Counted from the stretch's first letter, positions 9,305 to 19,782 are shown. The stretch is 61,767 nucleotides of DNA from Paludibacteraceae bacterium (GCA_024683975.1 JAIKXR010000124.1:1-61767), one strand, 5' to 3'. The notes: a model not told the origin generated them from the letters alone. Translations and numbers: made by a program.

Positions 9305-10287
9305 CATTCCATTCACCCGAATACTTATTTCTGCTGCTGTTTCTGATACCGATAACCGGCTGGTATATATGGCATTTGCACGATGCACACGCCACCCTGA
9401 GGATGAGCGACACAAGCGAGTTGGCAGGTCAGCCCAAGCCGCTACGGGTATGGCTGATACACGTTCCTTTTGCATTGCGGGTGCTGACCGTGACGATGTT
9501 GTCAATATCGTTGGCGCGTCCCCAGTTGAGCAACCGCTGGCAGTCGGAATCGACAGAAGGTATAGACATAATGATGGCTATAGACGTGTCAGGAACGATG
9601 CTGGCGGAGGACTTGCGCCCCAACCGATTGGAGGCAGCCAAAGAGGTGGCGACCAACTTTGTGCTCAACCGTCCAAACGACAACATAGGCTTGGTTGTGT
9701 TTGCCGGCGAAAGTTTCACCCAATGTCCCCTGACGACCGACCATGCGGTGTTGGTCAATCTGTTCGGGGCAGTCAAGTTCGGCCTGATAGAGGACGGCAC
9801 GGCGATAGGTCTGGGTTTGGCAAACTGCGTAAACAGGATGAAAGATTCGCCAACCAAATCGAAGGTGATCATACTGCTGACAGACGGAAGCAACAACAGA
9901 GGCGAGATAACCCCCCAGACGGCAGCGGAGATAGCCAAGACATACGGCATAAGAGTGTATGCAGTAGGCGTAGGCTCTTACGGTCAAGCCCGTGTGCCTG
10001 TGCAGACACCTTACGGGACGCAATATATGACTATGGACAGTGAGTTTGACGAGGGTACACTGCAAAGCATAGCGAAGGCGACCGGCGGGGAATATTTCAG
10101 AGCCACCAACAACGCAAGCCTTCACAAGATATACGAGCAGATAGACCAATTGGAGAAGTCGAAAATAAGAGTAAGAGAGTATTCGAAACGTTATGAGAAC
10201 TTTATGCCGTTCCTGTATGCGGCTCTGGCCTGCCTGATTCTGGATATACTGTTAAGACATTTTGTATTACGAACGATAGCTGAATAA
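9301..10287 (+). CDS. batA: BatA, vWA-domain membrane protein (aerotolerance operon)
   Basis: N-terminal TM helices followed by a vWA MIDAS motif (DIMMAIDVSGTM). It has a C-terminal TM helix and the operon context fits. Confidence 0.85.
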   Translation: MTFHSPEYLFLLLFLIPITGWYIWHLHDAHATLRMSDTSELAGQPKPLRVWLIHVPFALRVLTVTMLSISLARPQLSNRWQSESTEGIDIMMAIDVSGTMLAEDLRPNRLEAAKEVATNFVLNRPNDNIGLVVFAGESFTQCPLTTDHAVLVNLFGAVKFGLIEDGTAIGLGLANCVNRMKDSPTKSKVIILLTDGSNNRGEITPQTAAEIAKTYGIRVYAVGVGSYGQARVPVQTPYGTQYMTMDSEFDEGTLQSIAKATGGEYFRATNNASLHKIYEQIDQLEKSKIRVREYSKRYENFMPFLYAALACLILDILLRHFVLRTIAE

Positions 10288-10291
10288 GAAT

Positions 10292-11323
10292 ATGTTTAGA
10301 TTTGCCAATATAGAGATGTTGTGGCTGCTGCTGTTAGTGCCCGTGATGGCAGATGTCTATTTTTATATGACCCGCCGCAAGCGTCAGCAGTTGCGTGAAC
10401 TGGGTGATGATGAGTTGGTAAGCGCATTGATGCCAGACGCATCTCATCGCCGTCCGACGGTCAAGTTCGTGCTGCTGCTGGTGGCAATGGTGCTGTTGAT
10501 AATCGCGTCAGCGCGTCCACAAGCGGGTACAAACACTGAAACGGTCAAGAGATCCGGCATAGAGGTGATGATAGCAATGGACATCTCTAATTCGATGATG
10601 GCGGAGGATGTGGCCCCCAACCGACTGGACCGTGCCAAACAGATGCTCAGCAAGATGATAGACAAGATGCAGGACGACAAAGTCGGTTTGGTGGTTTTTG
10701 CCGGCGAGGCATACACACAATTGCCTATCACGTGCGATTATATAAGTGCGAAAATGTTTTTGAACAGCATCACACCGGATTTGATACCGACACAAGGCAC
10801 GGCCATAGGAGCAGCGATACGAACCTCGGTCAGGAGTTTCGGCAGCGAGCAGAGTGAGGCAGGAAGAGCCATCATACTGCTGACTGACGCAGAGAACCAT
10901 GAGGACGACGCCATAGGTGCAGCCAAAGAGGCGAAAGAGAAAGGGATACAAGTGTTTGTAGTAGGTGTAGGCAAGCCCGACGGGACTCCAATCCCCATTC
11001 CGGGGACGGGTAATTTCCGCAAGGACAGACAAGGCCAGGTGGTAGTGTCAAGGTTGAACGAGCAGTTAGGCAAAGACATAGCACAGGCAGGCAACGGCAT
11101 GTATGTGCGCTGCGACAACACGAACACGGCAATGAAAGCGTTGCAACAAGAATTGGACAAGATAGCCACAGCCGAAATAGAGACGCAGTTATACACTGAA
11201 TATCAAGAGCAATATCAGTCATTCCTGTTGTTGGCACTGCTGCTGTTGGTAGTGGATTTCTTGATAATGAGCCGTCAGAACAGAACGCTGACAAGAATGG
11301 ACATATTCAAAGAGAGGAGATGA
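10292..11323 (+). CDS. batB: BatB, vWA-domain membrane protein
   Basis: Paralogous architecture to batA: EVMIAMDISNSM MIDAS motif with flanking TM helices. Confidence 0.85.
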   Translation: MFRFANIEMLWLLLLVPVMADVYFYMTRRKRQQLRELGDDELVSALMPDASHRRPTVKFVLLLVAMVLLIIASARPQAGTNTETVKRSGIEVMIAMDISNSMMAEDVAPNRLDRAKQMLSKMIDKMQDDKVGLVVFAGEAYTQLPITCDYISAKMFLNSITPDLIPTQGTAIGAAIRTSVRSFGSEQSEAGRAIILLTDAENHEDDAIGAAKEAKEKGIQVFVVGVGKPDGTPIPIPGTGNFRKDRQGQVVVSRLNEQLGKDIAQAGNGMYVRCDNTNTAMKALQQELDKIATAEIETQLYTEYQEQYQSFLLLALLLLVVDFLIMSRQNRTLTRMDIFKERR

Positions 11324-12054
11324 AAATGAAAAAGCAAGTATGCATATTAGGTCTGCTATTGTGTCTGCCAATGATGTTAATGGCCCAAAAGGAGTCCGGC
11401 AACATAAGAAAAGGCAATCGCCACTATGAAAAGGAAGAATATACGGAAGCGGAGGTAGATTACCGCAGAGGAATAGAGAAGAACAAGGAGTCGTTTGCCG
11501 CTCATTACAACTTAGGCAGTTCGCTGTTCCGTCAGGACAAGTACGATGAGGCAGCAAAAGCATACACTAAAGCGGCGGAGTTGATGGCGAACAAGAAAGG
11601 TGATGCAACGGCGGAGGATACGCTGAAACTGGCCCACACCTATCATAACTTAGGCAACTCGTTCTACGGTCAGCAGAAGTTCCAGGAGGCTATAGATGCT
11701 TATAAGCAGTCGCTCAGGCTTAATCCGAAGGACAACGACACGCGATATAACCTGGTTAAAGCGAAGGAGATGCAAAAACAACAGCAAAATCAGCAACAAC
11801 AAGATCAACAGCAGAATCAGCAGCAGCAACAACAAGATCAACAACAGAGCCAGCAGCAAGAGCAACAACAACAGGAGCAAGAACAACAAGAGCAACAGGC
11901 TCAAGAGGCTCAGGCAGAAGAGACTGACGAACAGATGGATAAAGAGACAGCCGAACAGATACTGCAATCACTTGAACAAGACGAGCAAGAGACACAAGAG
12001 AAAGTGCAGCAACAGAAAGGCGGCAAAAAGAAACGTGTAGAAAAAGATTGGTAA
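11320..12054 (+). CDS. batC: BatC, TPR protein with Gln-rich tail
   Basis: Signal or anchor sequence, TPR repeats (YHNLGNSFYGQQKFQEAIDAYKQSLRLNP), then a QQQNQQQQDQQQ... low-complexity tail. Confidence 0.75.
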   Translation: MKMKKQVCILGLLLCLPMMLMAQKESGNIRKGNRHYEKEEYTEAEVDYRRGIEKNKESFAAHYNLGSSLFRQDKYDEAAKAYTKAAELMANKKGDATAEDTLKLAHTYHNLGNSFYGQQKFQEAIDAYKQSLRLNPKDNDTRYNLVKAKEMQKQQQNQQQQDQQQNQQQQQQDQQQSQQQEQQQQEQEQQEQQAQEAQAEETDEQMDKETAEQILQSLEQDEQETQEKVQQQKGGKKKRVEKDW

Positions 12055-12055
12055 A

Positions 12056-13891
12056 ATGAAAAAGATATTAGCAACAATGATCGCTCTTCTGCCCATGATA
12101 ATGTGGGCGGAAGATGTCAGTTTTCGAGCGGAAGCCCCATCTCAGGTGGTTGTAGGCAGGCCATTCCAGCTGCGTTATACGGTCAATCAGAAGGCAAGGG
12201 ATTTGCGTGCGCCGGAGTTTGCCGACTTCGATTTTCTGGCGGGTCCCTATCAATCGACCTCATCGTCCACATCGTTCATCAACGGCAAGCGCACCAGCAC
12301 TTATACACAGACTTTTACGTACACACTGGCAGGCAATAAGACAGGCACGTTCACCATACCGCCAGCCACCATACGTGTGGACGGGAGTGACTATACGAGC
12401 AACGGAGTCAAGATAGAGGTACTGCCCGAAGACGAAAAGCCTCTTCCTACAGGACCGCAAGGACAACAATCGGCTGCCAACCAGCAACAGCAAGCTTCAT
12501 CATCTTCCGCCGGTAATGAAAACATCTTCATAAGGACGATTGTGAACAAGACCAACGTACACGAGCAGGAGGCTGTATTGCTGAGTTACAAACTGTATTT
12601 TGCAGGAGTTGATGTCGCGCAGTTCACCAACAACACCAAATTGCCGGAGTTTGAAGGCTTTGTAAAACAAGATATTGAGCAAGGCGAGATACAGACAGAA
12701 CTGGAGCATTACAACGGCAGGAACTATCAGACGGCTGTTCTATACCAGGCTCTACTCTACCCTCAAAGGAGCGGTGACATAAAGATAGACCCGGCACAGT
12801 TTGAGGCAGTGTTGAGAGTGCAAGTAAGACAACAAGTGAGGTCTATTTTTGACGACTTTTTCGCTTCATACACCAATGTGACCCGTGCGCTTACGGCTCC
12901 GGGAGTGACTATACATACGGAAGCACTGCCCAAGGGCAAACCGCAAAACTTTTCAGGCGGCGTAGGCCAGATGAGTATCAGCGGCGAAATATCAGCAACA
13001 GAAATGAAAGCCAATGAGGCAGTTACCGTAAAACTGACCATTCAAGGTACGGGAAACATGAAGATGGTCAAGCAACCTGTGGTGGATTGGCCGGAAGGAT
13101 TTGAGACATACGACCCCAAAGTGACAAACAAACTCAAGCAGACGACACAGGGAATGAGCGGCACTAAAGAGATTGAGTACCTTGCAATACCACGTTCGGC
13201 AGGCACATACACCATTCCGACAGTGACGTTCTCGTATTTTGACACCAAAGAGAACCAATACAAGACCAAGACAGCAGGCGGCTGGACGCTGAAGATAGCG
13301 CGTGCGGATGGCGAAAGTGAACAAGGCACAGTAGTGCAGAACTATGTGAACAAGGAAGACATCAAACAGATAGGAACAGATATCAGATACATCAGTACGG
13401 ACACATTGGAAACGGAGAGGAAAAGCGAACCGCGTGTGGTGTTCGGGAGTTGGTTGTTCAGGCTGTGCTATATAATTCCACTGATAGCGGCTATTGTACT
13501 GTTTGTCATATTCAGACGCAGGATAGCAGAAAATGCCGACAAAGCAAGAATAAGATACAAGAAAGCCAACAAGGTGGCGCAAAAGCGTCTTCGTGAAGCC
13601 AAACAGGCAATGGACAAGGCAGACAAGACGACATTCTATGAAGCGATAGAGCGTGCGGCGTGGACGTACCTGAGCGACCGCCTGAGCATACCGACGGCAA
13701 ACTTGAACAAAGACAACATAGAGTCAATACTGAGAGACAAAAAAGTGGAAGAGAGCCTGACACACGAGGTTAGAGAGGTGCTGTCAGTTGCCGAACAAGC
13801 AAGGTACGCACCAACCACCAACAGCGATATGGAACAACTCTATTCGCGCACATCAACACTGATTAACGAACTTGAAAACCAGAAACTATGA
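12056..13891 (+). CDS. batD: BatD (oxygen-tolerance protein)
   Basis: 611 aa with a signal peptide, a late TM helix (LCYIIPLIAAIVLFVIF) and the expected position in the Bat cluster. Confidence 0.8.
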   Translation: MKKILATMIALLPMIMWAEDVSFRAEAPSQVVVGRPFQLRYTVNQKARDLRAPEFADFDFLAGPYQSTSSSTSFINGKRTSTYTQTFTYTLAGNKTGTFTIPPATIRVDGSDYTSNGVKIEVLPEDEKPLPTGPQGQQSAANQQQQASSSSAGNENIFIRTIVNKTNVHEQEAVLLSYKLYFAGVDVAQFTNNTKLPEFEGFVKQDIEQGEIQTELEHYNGRNYQTAVLYQALLYPQRSGDIKIDPAQFEAVLRVQVRQQVRSIFDDFFASYTNVTRALTAPGVTIHTEALPKGKPQNFSGGVGQMSISGEISATEMKANEAVTVKLTIQGTGNMKMVKQPVVDWPEGFETYDPKVTNKLKQTTQGMSGTKEIEYLAIPRSAGTYTIPTVTFSYFDTKENQYKTKTAGGWTLKIARADGESEQGTVVQNYVNKEDIKQIGTDIRYISTDTLETERKSEPRVVFGSWLFRLCYIIPLIAAIVLFVIFRRRIAENADKARIRYKKANKVAQKRLREAKQAMDKADKTTFYEAIERAAWTYLSDRLSIPTANLNKDNIESILRDKKVEESLTHEVREVLSVAEQARYAPTTNSDMEQLYSRTSTLINELENQKL

Positions 13892-14670
13892 GAAGGACAT
13901 TTTTGTTAATAGCGACCATTATATCGGGAATCGGAGTGCTGAAAGCGGATTTTGCAGCACTGCCACAGTTTGAACAAGGTAATCAGGTATATGCGGCAGG
14001 CGAATATGCCGAAGCAGCGGAGTTGTATGAACAGTGCCTGTCGAGCGTGACAGAGTCGGAGCGACTGACACGCAAAAGCAAGGCCAAGGTGTATTATAAT
14101 TTAGGCAATGCACGGTTCAAACAGGGTGAGCTGGCACAGTCAATATTAGCATACGAGAGATGCTTAAGGCTTGATCCGAGGCATAAGGACGCAAAGTATA
14201 ATCTTGAGATTGCGCATGGGCGCATAACAGACAATCTGACAGATAACACGTCATTCTTTTTCAGCACATGGTTCAGGTCGGTCAGAGATATGCTACCCGA
14301 GGGGACATGGACTTGGATGAGTATATTGTTGTTTGTGCTGTCGCTGGCAGGAGCGCTACTGTTTGCAATGTCCGGTCAGGTGGTGGTTCGCAAGACGGCA
14401 TTTCACAGCACATGGGTAGCACTAATAATTAGCATCATAGCGGTATGCAATGCAGGTTCGTTACATAATCGTGACACGGAGAGAGCGGAAGCAATAATAA
14501 CGCAAGGAGTGCTGAATGCCAAGTCTTCGCCGGACAGGAGCGGTACGGAATTATTCACATTGCATGAAGGGACGAAAGTGACTATAACGGAAGAACTTGG
14601 TGAATGGTGCAATATCCGTGTTGGCAACAACGAAGGCTGGGTGGAGAAAGGACACTTGGTGAGGATTTAG
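13888..14670 (+). CDS. batE: BatE, TPR plus SH3-like protein
   Basis: TPR repeats (YYNLGNARFKQGELAQSILAYERCLRLDP), TM helices and a C-terminal SH3-like GEWCNIRVGNNEGWVEKGHL. It overlaps batD by 4 nt. Confidence 0.75.
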   Translation: MRRTFLLIATIISGIGVLKADFAALPQFEQGNQVYAAGEYAEAAELYEQCLSSVTESERLTRKSKAKVYYNLGNARFKQGELAQSILAYERCLRLDPRHKDAKYNLEIAHGRITDNLTDNTSFFFSTWFRSVRDMLPEGTWTWMSILLFVLSLAGALLFAMSGQVVVRKTAFHSTWVALIISIIAVCNAGSLHNRDTERAEAIITQGVLNAKSSPDRSGTELFTLHEGTKVTITEELGEWCNIRVGNNEGWVEKGHLVRI

Positions 14671-14776
14671 TTGATATTTCAGGGTTTGAAAAGAGTTATA
14701 GAGTTGAGATTGAGCGGAAAAAGTGAGAAAAGTATAAAAAAATCCCGGAAAGTTTTGGCAGTTTGGAAAAAAGGTG

Positions 14777-14784
14777 TACTTTTG
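14777..14784 (+). promoter_or_regulatory. Bacteroidetes -7 promoter box TACTTTTG upstream of rplU
   Basis: Matches the TAnnTTTG consensus about 125 nt upstream of the rplU ATG. The long leader contains small hairpins (for example CAAGAatcagTCTTG) and could be an r-protein leader. Confidence 0.45.
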
Positions 14785-14909
14785 CGCTCGTTTTGCGCGT
14801 TAAGGCTCGAATAAGAAGCCGCCAGAGTCAGTAAAGCCGACAAGAATCAGTCTTGATGAGTCTTGGAGAGGTCGCCTTAGCCGCTGTAAATAAAAACATT
14901 ATAAGTACA

Positions 14910-15227
14910 ATGTACGCAATTGTAAACATGCAGGGCCAGCAATTCAAGGTAGAGGCCGGCAAGAAACTGTTTATCCATCGCATGGAAACCGAGAAGGGTG
15001 CAACGGTGGAATTTGATGAAGTGTTACTCGTAGATAACGACGGGGCTGTATCAGTAGGTGTTCCGACAGTACAGGGCGCGAAAGTAGTATGCGAGGTATT
15101 AGACAACGAATGCCGCGGCGAGAAGATTCTTGTATTCCACAAGAAACGCCGTAAGGGTTATCGCAAACTTAACGGTCACCGTCAGGATTTGACTAACGTA
15201 GTCGTAAAAGAGATAGTGGTGGCATAG
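14910..15227 (+). CDS. rplU: 50S ribosomal protein L21
   Basis: [24 protein letters not shown]... is the canonical L21 N-terminus. The ATG at 14910 lies inside ORF 14853..15227. Confidence 0.93.
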   Translation: MYAIVNMQGQQFKVEAGKKLFIHRMETEKGATVEFDEVLLVDNDGAVSVGVPTVQGAKVVCEVLDNECRGEKILVFHKKRRKGYRKLNGHRQDLTNVVVKEIVVA

Positions 15228-15262
15228 GAAACAAAAACTCAAACATCCAAACACAGAAGATT

Positions 15263-15523
15263 ATGGCACATAAGAAAGGTGTCGGTAGTTCGAAGAACGG
15301 CCGTGAATCAGAAAGCAAACGTTTAGGCGTTAAGATATTTGGCGGACAAATGGCAAAAGCAGGCAACATCATCGTTCGTCAACGTGGTACAGTTCACAAT
15401 CCCGGTGAGAATATGGGTATGGGTAGTGACCATACATTGTATGCTTTGACCGATGGTATTGTAACTTTTACCCGCAAACGTAACAACAAGTCGTTTGTCA
15501 GCATTCAACCCATACAAGGATAA
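15263..15523 (+). CDS. rpmA: 50S ribosomal protein L27
   Basis: [28 protein letters not shown]...IIVRQRGT is the canonical L27 sequence. Confidence 0.95.
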   Translation: MAHKKGVGSSKNGRESESKRLGVKIFGGQMAKAGNIIVRQRGTVHNPGENMGMGSDHTLYALTDGIVTFTRKRNNKSFVSIQPIQG

Positions 15524-15527
15524 GTAT

Positions 15528-16907
15528 ATGCTAACATTACGTCAGATTCTTGCCGACAAGGAGGCCATCATTGCCGGCTTGGACAAGAAACATTTCAATA
15601 ACGCTCGCGAGGTCATCGAGAGCGTTATTGCTATAGACCAACAACGTAAGAGTGCGCAGCAGAAGAAAGACAACGCTTCGCAACAGATGAACACGTTGTC
15701 GAAGTCGATAGGCGCGTTGATGGCCAAAGGAGAGCGCGACAAAGCCGAGGAGGCTAAGCGACAGACAGCCCAACTGAAAGAGGACATACGCACTTATGAG
15801 GGTGAGATGTCAAAGGCGGAGGATGAACTTCGCGGACTGCTACTCACAATACCTAATGTACCCTACTCCATTGTTCCCGACGGCGCAACGGCAGACGACA
15901 ATCTTGCCGTCAAAGTGGGCGGTTGGCAGGCAGGCAACGGTATCGAAATACTGTGCCAGGACAATGACAAGGCTTTCGCTATAGAAGGCGCATCCATTGC
16001 CTTACGCGACTGGAAAGACGAGTACAATCCTATCAGTCAGTCAGAGTTGCTTCCCCACTGGGAACTTGCCAAGAAGTACCATCTGATAGATTTCGATCTT
16101 GGAGTGAAGATTGCCGGTGCCGGTTTTCCTGTCTATACGGGTCAGGGTGCCCACCTGCAACGCGCACTTATCCAGTTCTTCCTTGACGAAGCGACAAAAG
16201 CAGGCTATACAGAGATTATGCCCCCAACGGTAGTGAATGCCGCCTCGGGTTACGGTACGGGCCAACTGCCCGACAAAGAGGGTCAGATGTACCATGCCGA
16301 AGTGGATGACCTCTATCTGATTCCGACAGCGGAAGTGCCAGTGACCAATCTGTATCGCGATGAGATAGTGGATGAGAAGCAGTTGCCTGTTAAGATGTGC
16401 GCCTATACGGAGTGTTTCCGTCGCGAAGCAGGCAGTTACGGCAAGGACGTACGCGGTCTGAACCGTCTGCATGAGTTCTCGAAGACAGAGATCGTACGTA
16501 TAGACACTCCCGAACACAGTGCACAAAGCCACCGCGAGATGCTTGACCACGTAGAGGGGCTGCTCAAAAAACTGGAGTTGCCATACCGCATATTGCGTTT
16601 GTGCGGCGGAGATATGAGTTTCACGGCGGCATTGTGCTACGACTTCGAGGTCTATTCATTGGCACAGCAACGCTGGCTTGAGGTCAGCTCGACGAGCAAC
16701 TTTGACACATATCAGGCTAACCGTCTCCACTGCCGTTACCGCGATGCGGAGAAGAAAGTGCAACTGGCACATACGCTTAACGGTTCGGCACTGGCATTGC
16801 CACGTATAATGGCAGCATTGTTGGAGAATGGTCAGACAGTTGACGGTATAGTTCTACCTAAAGCATTGCAGCCATATTTTGGTAAAGAAAAGATAGAGAG
16901 CATATAA
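15528..16907 (+). CDS. serS: Seryl-tRNA synthetase
   Basis: N-terminal coiled coil followed by class II motifs (FRREAGSYGKDVRGLNRLHEF, GSALALPRIMAALLEN). I chose the ATG at 15528 (MLTLRQIL...) to avoid overlap with rpmA. Confidence 0.92.
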   Translation: MLTLRQILADKEAIIAGLDKKHFNNAREVIESVIAIDQQRKSAQQKKDNASQQMNTLSKSIGALMAKGERDKAEEAKRQTAQLKEDIRTYEGEMSKAEDELRGLLLTIPNVPYSIVPDGATADDNLAVKVGGWQAGNGIEILCQDNDKAFAIEGASIALRDWKDEYNPISQSELLPHWELAKKYHLIDFDLGVKIAGAGFPVYTGQGAHLQRALIQFFLDEATKAGYTEIMPPTVVNAASGYGTGQLPDKEGQMYHAEVDDLYLIPTAEVPVTNLYRDEIVDEKQLPVKMCAYTECFRREAGSYGKDVRGLNRLHEFSKTEIVRIDTPEHSAQSHREMLDHVEGLLKKLELPYRILRLCGGDMSFTAALCYDFEVYSLAQQRWLEVSSTSNFDTYQANRLHCRYRDAEKKVQLAHTLNGSALALPRIMAALLENGQTVDGIVLPKALQPYFGKEKIESI

Positions 16908-16920
16908 AGTCACTGACAAT

Positions 16921-16957
16921 AAAATATCCCGCAGTCCAAAAGGCTGCGGGATATTTT
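16921..16957 (+). terminator. Intrinsic terminator after serS
   Basis: AAAATATCCCGCAG-tccaaaagg-CTGCGGGATATTTT is a perfect 14-bp stem with a T-run on the 3' side. Confidence 0.7.
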
Positions 16958-17215
16958 ATTGTCAGATGAGAGGAACGCCCCCACTCGGAAACTGTTGCGT
17001 AATCTGAAGGGACAAAATAATATGAAGAAAATGTAAAAAAGCAAGAAAGTTTGTGGTTATTATAAAATTACACTATTTTTGCGGGCAAATATAAGCGTTT
17101 TTTACGTTTTTTATTGGAGTTACAGAAAGATTCAGCCAACTTATCAACTTTTCCTCATACAAGAGTGTATGTGTACGAGGAGGAAAACAATCAGACAAAA
17201 AACAGACAACAGAAT

Positions 17216-18778
17216 ATGGAATTGAGTGAACAAGAACAAGTAAGACGACAAAGTCTTCAGACAATGCGTGATATGGGCATCAACCCCTACCCCGCAGACG
17301 AATATGCGGTAACCGGCTATTCGACAGACATCAAGGCAGGCTTCACAGACCGGGCAGAAGGAGAAGCCCAACCTGACACCGAGTGGTTTACCGGCAAAGA
17401 AGTGAGAATAGCGGGACGGCTGATGTCGAAACGCATAATGGGCAAAGCGTCCTTCATAGAGGTGCAGGACTCAAAAGGCCGGATACAAGTGTATGTGAGT
17501 CGCGACGACATACAAGCCCCCGTGGCAGAAAGCGAACAGGCACAGACCGTAGAACAGCAGATGTACAACGTTGTATTCAAGAAACTGCTTGATATAGGCG
17601 ATTTTATAGGTATTGAAGGTTTTGTGTTCCGCACACAGATGGGCGAGATATCCGTTCATGCAAAAAGACTGACAGTACTCGCCAAGAGTTTGCGTCCGCT
17701 GCCGATAGTCAAATACAAAGACGGTGTGGCATACGACGGCTTTAATGACCCCGAACAGAGATACAGACAGAGGTATGTGGACTTGGTGGTGAATGAAGGA
17801 GTGAAAGATACGTTCATGAAGAGAGCCACCATCATACGCACAATGCGCAGTTTCTTTGACGAGGCAGGTTACACAGAGGTGGAAACGCCTATTCTCCAAC
17901 AGATTGCGGGTGGAGCTACGGCACGTCCGTTCATCACTCATCACAACACTTTGGATGTGGATATGTATCTGCGGATAGCCACAGAACTGTACCTTAAGAG
18001 ACTGATAGTAGGCGGATTTGAGGGAGTGTATGAGATAGGCAGGAACTTCCGCAACGAAGGAATGGACAGAACACATAATCCGGAGTTCACGTGTATGGAA
18101 CTATACGTACAATACAAGGACTACAACTGGATGATGTCGTTCACAGAGAGGCTGTTAGAGAAGATTGCCATTGCCTGCAACGGCACGACCAAAGTGAAAA
18201 TCGGCGACAAAGAGATAGACTTCAAGGCACCCTACCGCCGTCTGCCAATACTTGATGCCATAAAAGAAAAGACGGGCAAAGACGCAGAACACATGAGTGA
18301 AGAAGAGTTGCGCACTTTTGCCCGCTCGCTGGGTGTTGAAGGTACAGACAAAATGGGCAAAGGCAAACTTATAGACGAGATTTTCGGCGAGACATGTGAA
18401 GGAACGTTCTTACAACCAACCTTCATCATTGATTATCCCATCGAGATGTCACCGCTGACGAAGATGCACCGTGCCAAAGCCGGTCTGACAGAGCGTTTTG
18501 AACTGATGGTCAACGGCAAAGAACTGGCTAACGCTTACAGCGAACTGAACGACCCCATAGACCAGTACGAACGATTTGTGGAGCAAATGAAATTAGCAGA
18601 CAAGGGCGATGACGAGGCAATGGTGATAGACCACGACTTTATGCGCGCACTCGAATACGGAATGCCTCCAACGTCCGGCATAGGCATAGGTATAGACCGC
18701 CTGACAATGCTGATGACCGGTCAGCAAAGCATACAGGAAGTGCTGCTGTTCCCGACAATGAAACCTGAGGCCAACTGA
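17216..18778 (+). CDS. lysS: Lysyl-tRNA synthetase (class II)
   Basis: MELSEQEQVRRQSL..., an OB-fold region, then FRNEGMDRTHNPEFTCMELY and GIGIGIDRLTMLMTG motifs. A TATTTTTG -7 box lies at about 17076. Confidence 0.92.
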   Translation: MELSEQEQVRRQSLQTMRDMGINPYPADEYAVTGYSTDIKAGFTDRAEGEAQPDTEWFTGKEVRIAGRLMSKRIMGKASFIEVQDSKGRIQVYVSRDDIQAPVAESEQAQTVEQQMYNVVFKKLLDIGDFIGIEGFVFRTQMGEISVHAKRLTVLAKSLRPLPIVKYKDGVAYDGFNDPEQRYRQRYVDLVVNEGVKDTFMKRATIIRTMRSFFDEAGYTEVETPILQQIAGGATARPFITHHNTLDVDMYLRIATELYLKRLIVGGFEGVYEIGRNFRNEGMDRTHNPEFTCMELYVQYKDYNWMMSFTERLLEKIAIACNGTTKVKIGDKEIDFKAPYRRLPILDAIKEKTGKDAEHMSEEELRTFARSLGVEGTDKMGKGKLIDEIFGETCEGTFLQPTFIIDYPIEMSPLTKMHRAKAGLTERFELMVNGKELANAYSELNDPIDQYERFVEQMKLADKGDDEAMVIDHDFMRALEYGMPPTSGIGIGIDRLTMLMTGQQSIQEVLLFPTMKPEAN

Positions 18779-18782
18779 TACT

Positions 18783-19775
18783 ATGGAAAAGCGACATATA
18801 GCGATAGTCGGGAACGGAAGCTGGGCCACCGCACTTGCCAAGATAGTGCTTCATAACGAAGAGAAAATCAACTGGTTCATACGTCGTCAGGAGGCAATAG
18901 ACGAGTTTGTGCGTATGGGTAAGAACCCAGGATACCTGACGCAAGTACACTTCGACATAGACCGTATACAATTCACATCGGACATCAATGAGGTGATAGC
19001 GAATTCAGACGTGCTGATAATAGCCATTCCGTCCCCTTATCTGAAGACTACGCTGAACAAAGTACGCAGATCACTGAGACGTAAGACAGTGATTTCAGCC
19101 GTGAAAGGAATGATTATAGAAGACAACGTGACAGTGACCGATTATCTTCATTTTCACTTCCTGATACCTAATGAGCAGTTGGCAGTCATAGCCGGTCCGT
19201 GCCATGCTGAAGAAATAGCATTGGAACGCCAGAGTTACCTGACCATTGGCTCTACATCCGCCGAAACAGCCACCAAAGCAGCAGCAATCTTCCATACCCC
19301 ATACGTACATACGACCACGAGCGATGATGTGGACGGACTGGAATACTCGTCTGTAATGAAGAACATATATTCAATAGCTTCGGGCCTCTGCCATAGTCTG
19401 AGGTACGGCGACAACTTCCAAGCAGTACTGATATCCAATGCTGTACAAGAGATACAAAGATTTGTAGCAGCCAATAACGGCATGCCTATAAACATAGATG
19501 CTTCGGGGTATCTTGGAGACGTGCTGGTGACTTCTTATTCGAAGTTCTCACGCAACAGGCAATTCGGACAAATGGTGGGTATGGGCTATTCGGTAAGAGC
19601 CGCACAAATAGAAATGGAAATGGTGGCAGAAGGCTACTACGGAACACGATGCATATACGAAATGAACAAGAAACAGAGAGTAAACCTGCCGATTGTAGAT
19701 GCTGTGTATGACATCCTATACAACTTCAAGTCACCATCGCTGGTGATTCAAGAATTGACTCAAAAACTTAAATAA
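18783..19775 (+). CDS. gpsA: NAD(P)H-dependent glycerol-3-phosphate dehydrogenase
   Basis: IAIVGNGSWATALAKIV Rossmann motif. The length and the C-terminal GpsA-like region fit. Confidence 0.85.
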   Translation: MEKRHIAIVGNGSWATALAKIVLHNEEKINWFIRRQEAIDEFVRMGKNPGYLTQVHFDIDRIQFTSDINEVIANSDVLIIAIPSPYLKTTLNKVRRSLRRKTVISAVKGMIIEDNVTVTDYLHFHFLIPNEQLAVIAGPCHAEEIALERQSYLTIGSTSAETATKAAAIFHTPYVHTTTSDDVDGLEYSSVMKNIYSIASGLCHSLRYGDNFQAVLISNAVQEIQRFVAANNGMPINIDASGYLGDVLVTSYSKFSRNRQFGQMVGMGYSVRAAQIEMEMVAEGYYGTRCIYEMNKKQRVNLPIVDAVYDILYNFKSPSLVIQELTQKLK

Positions 19776-19782
19776 CTGAGAT

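Noticed and set aside
9369-10043. 224-aa Arg/Gly-rich ORF overlapping batA in another frame, and the antisense ORFs 8846..9505, 9429..9950 and 9589..10149
   Set aside because: The composition is typical of off-frame translation of GC-balanced coding DNA. batA has clear vWA/MIDAS motifs.
11650-12040. ORFs 11650..11967(-), 11696..12040(+) and 11756..11995(-) with poly-Leu or poly-Ser/Asn sequence
   Set aside because: They are alternative-frame readings of the CAA/CAG Gln tract in batC.
12992-18076. Long antisense ORFs inside batD, serS and lysS (12992..13582, 16041..16550, 17471..18076)
   Set aside because: Each lies opposite a gene with strong family motifs, and none has a motif or sensible start context.
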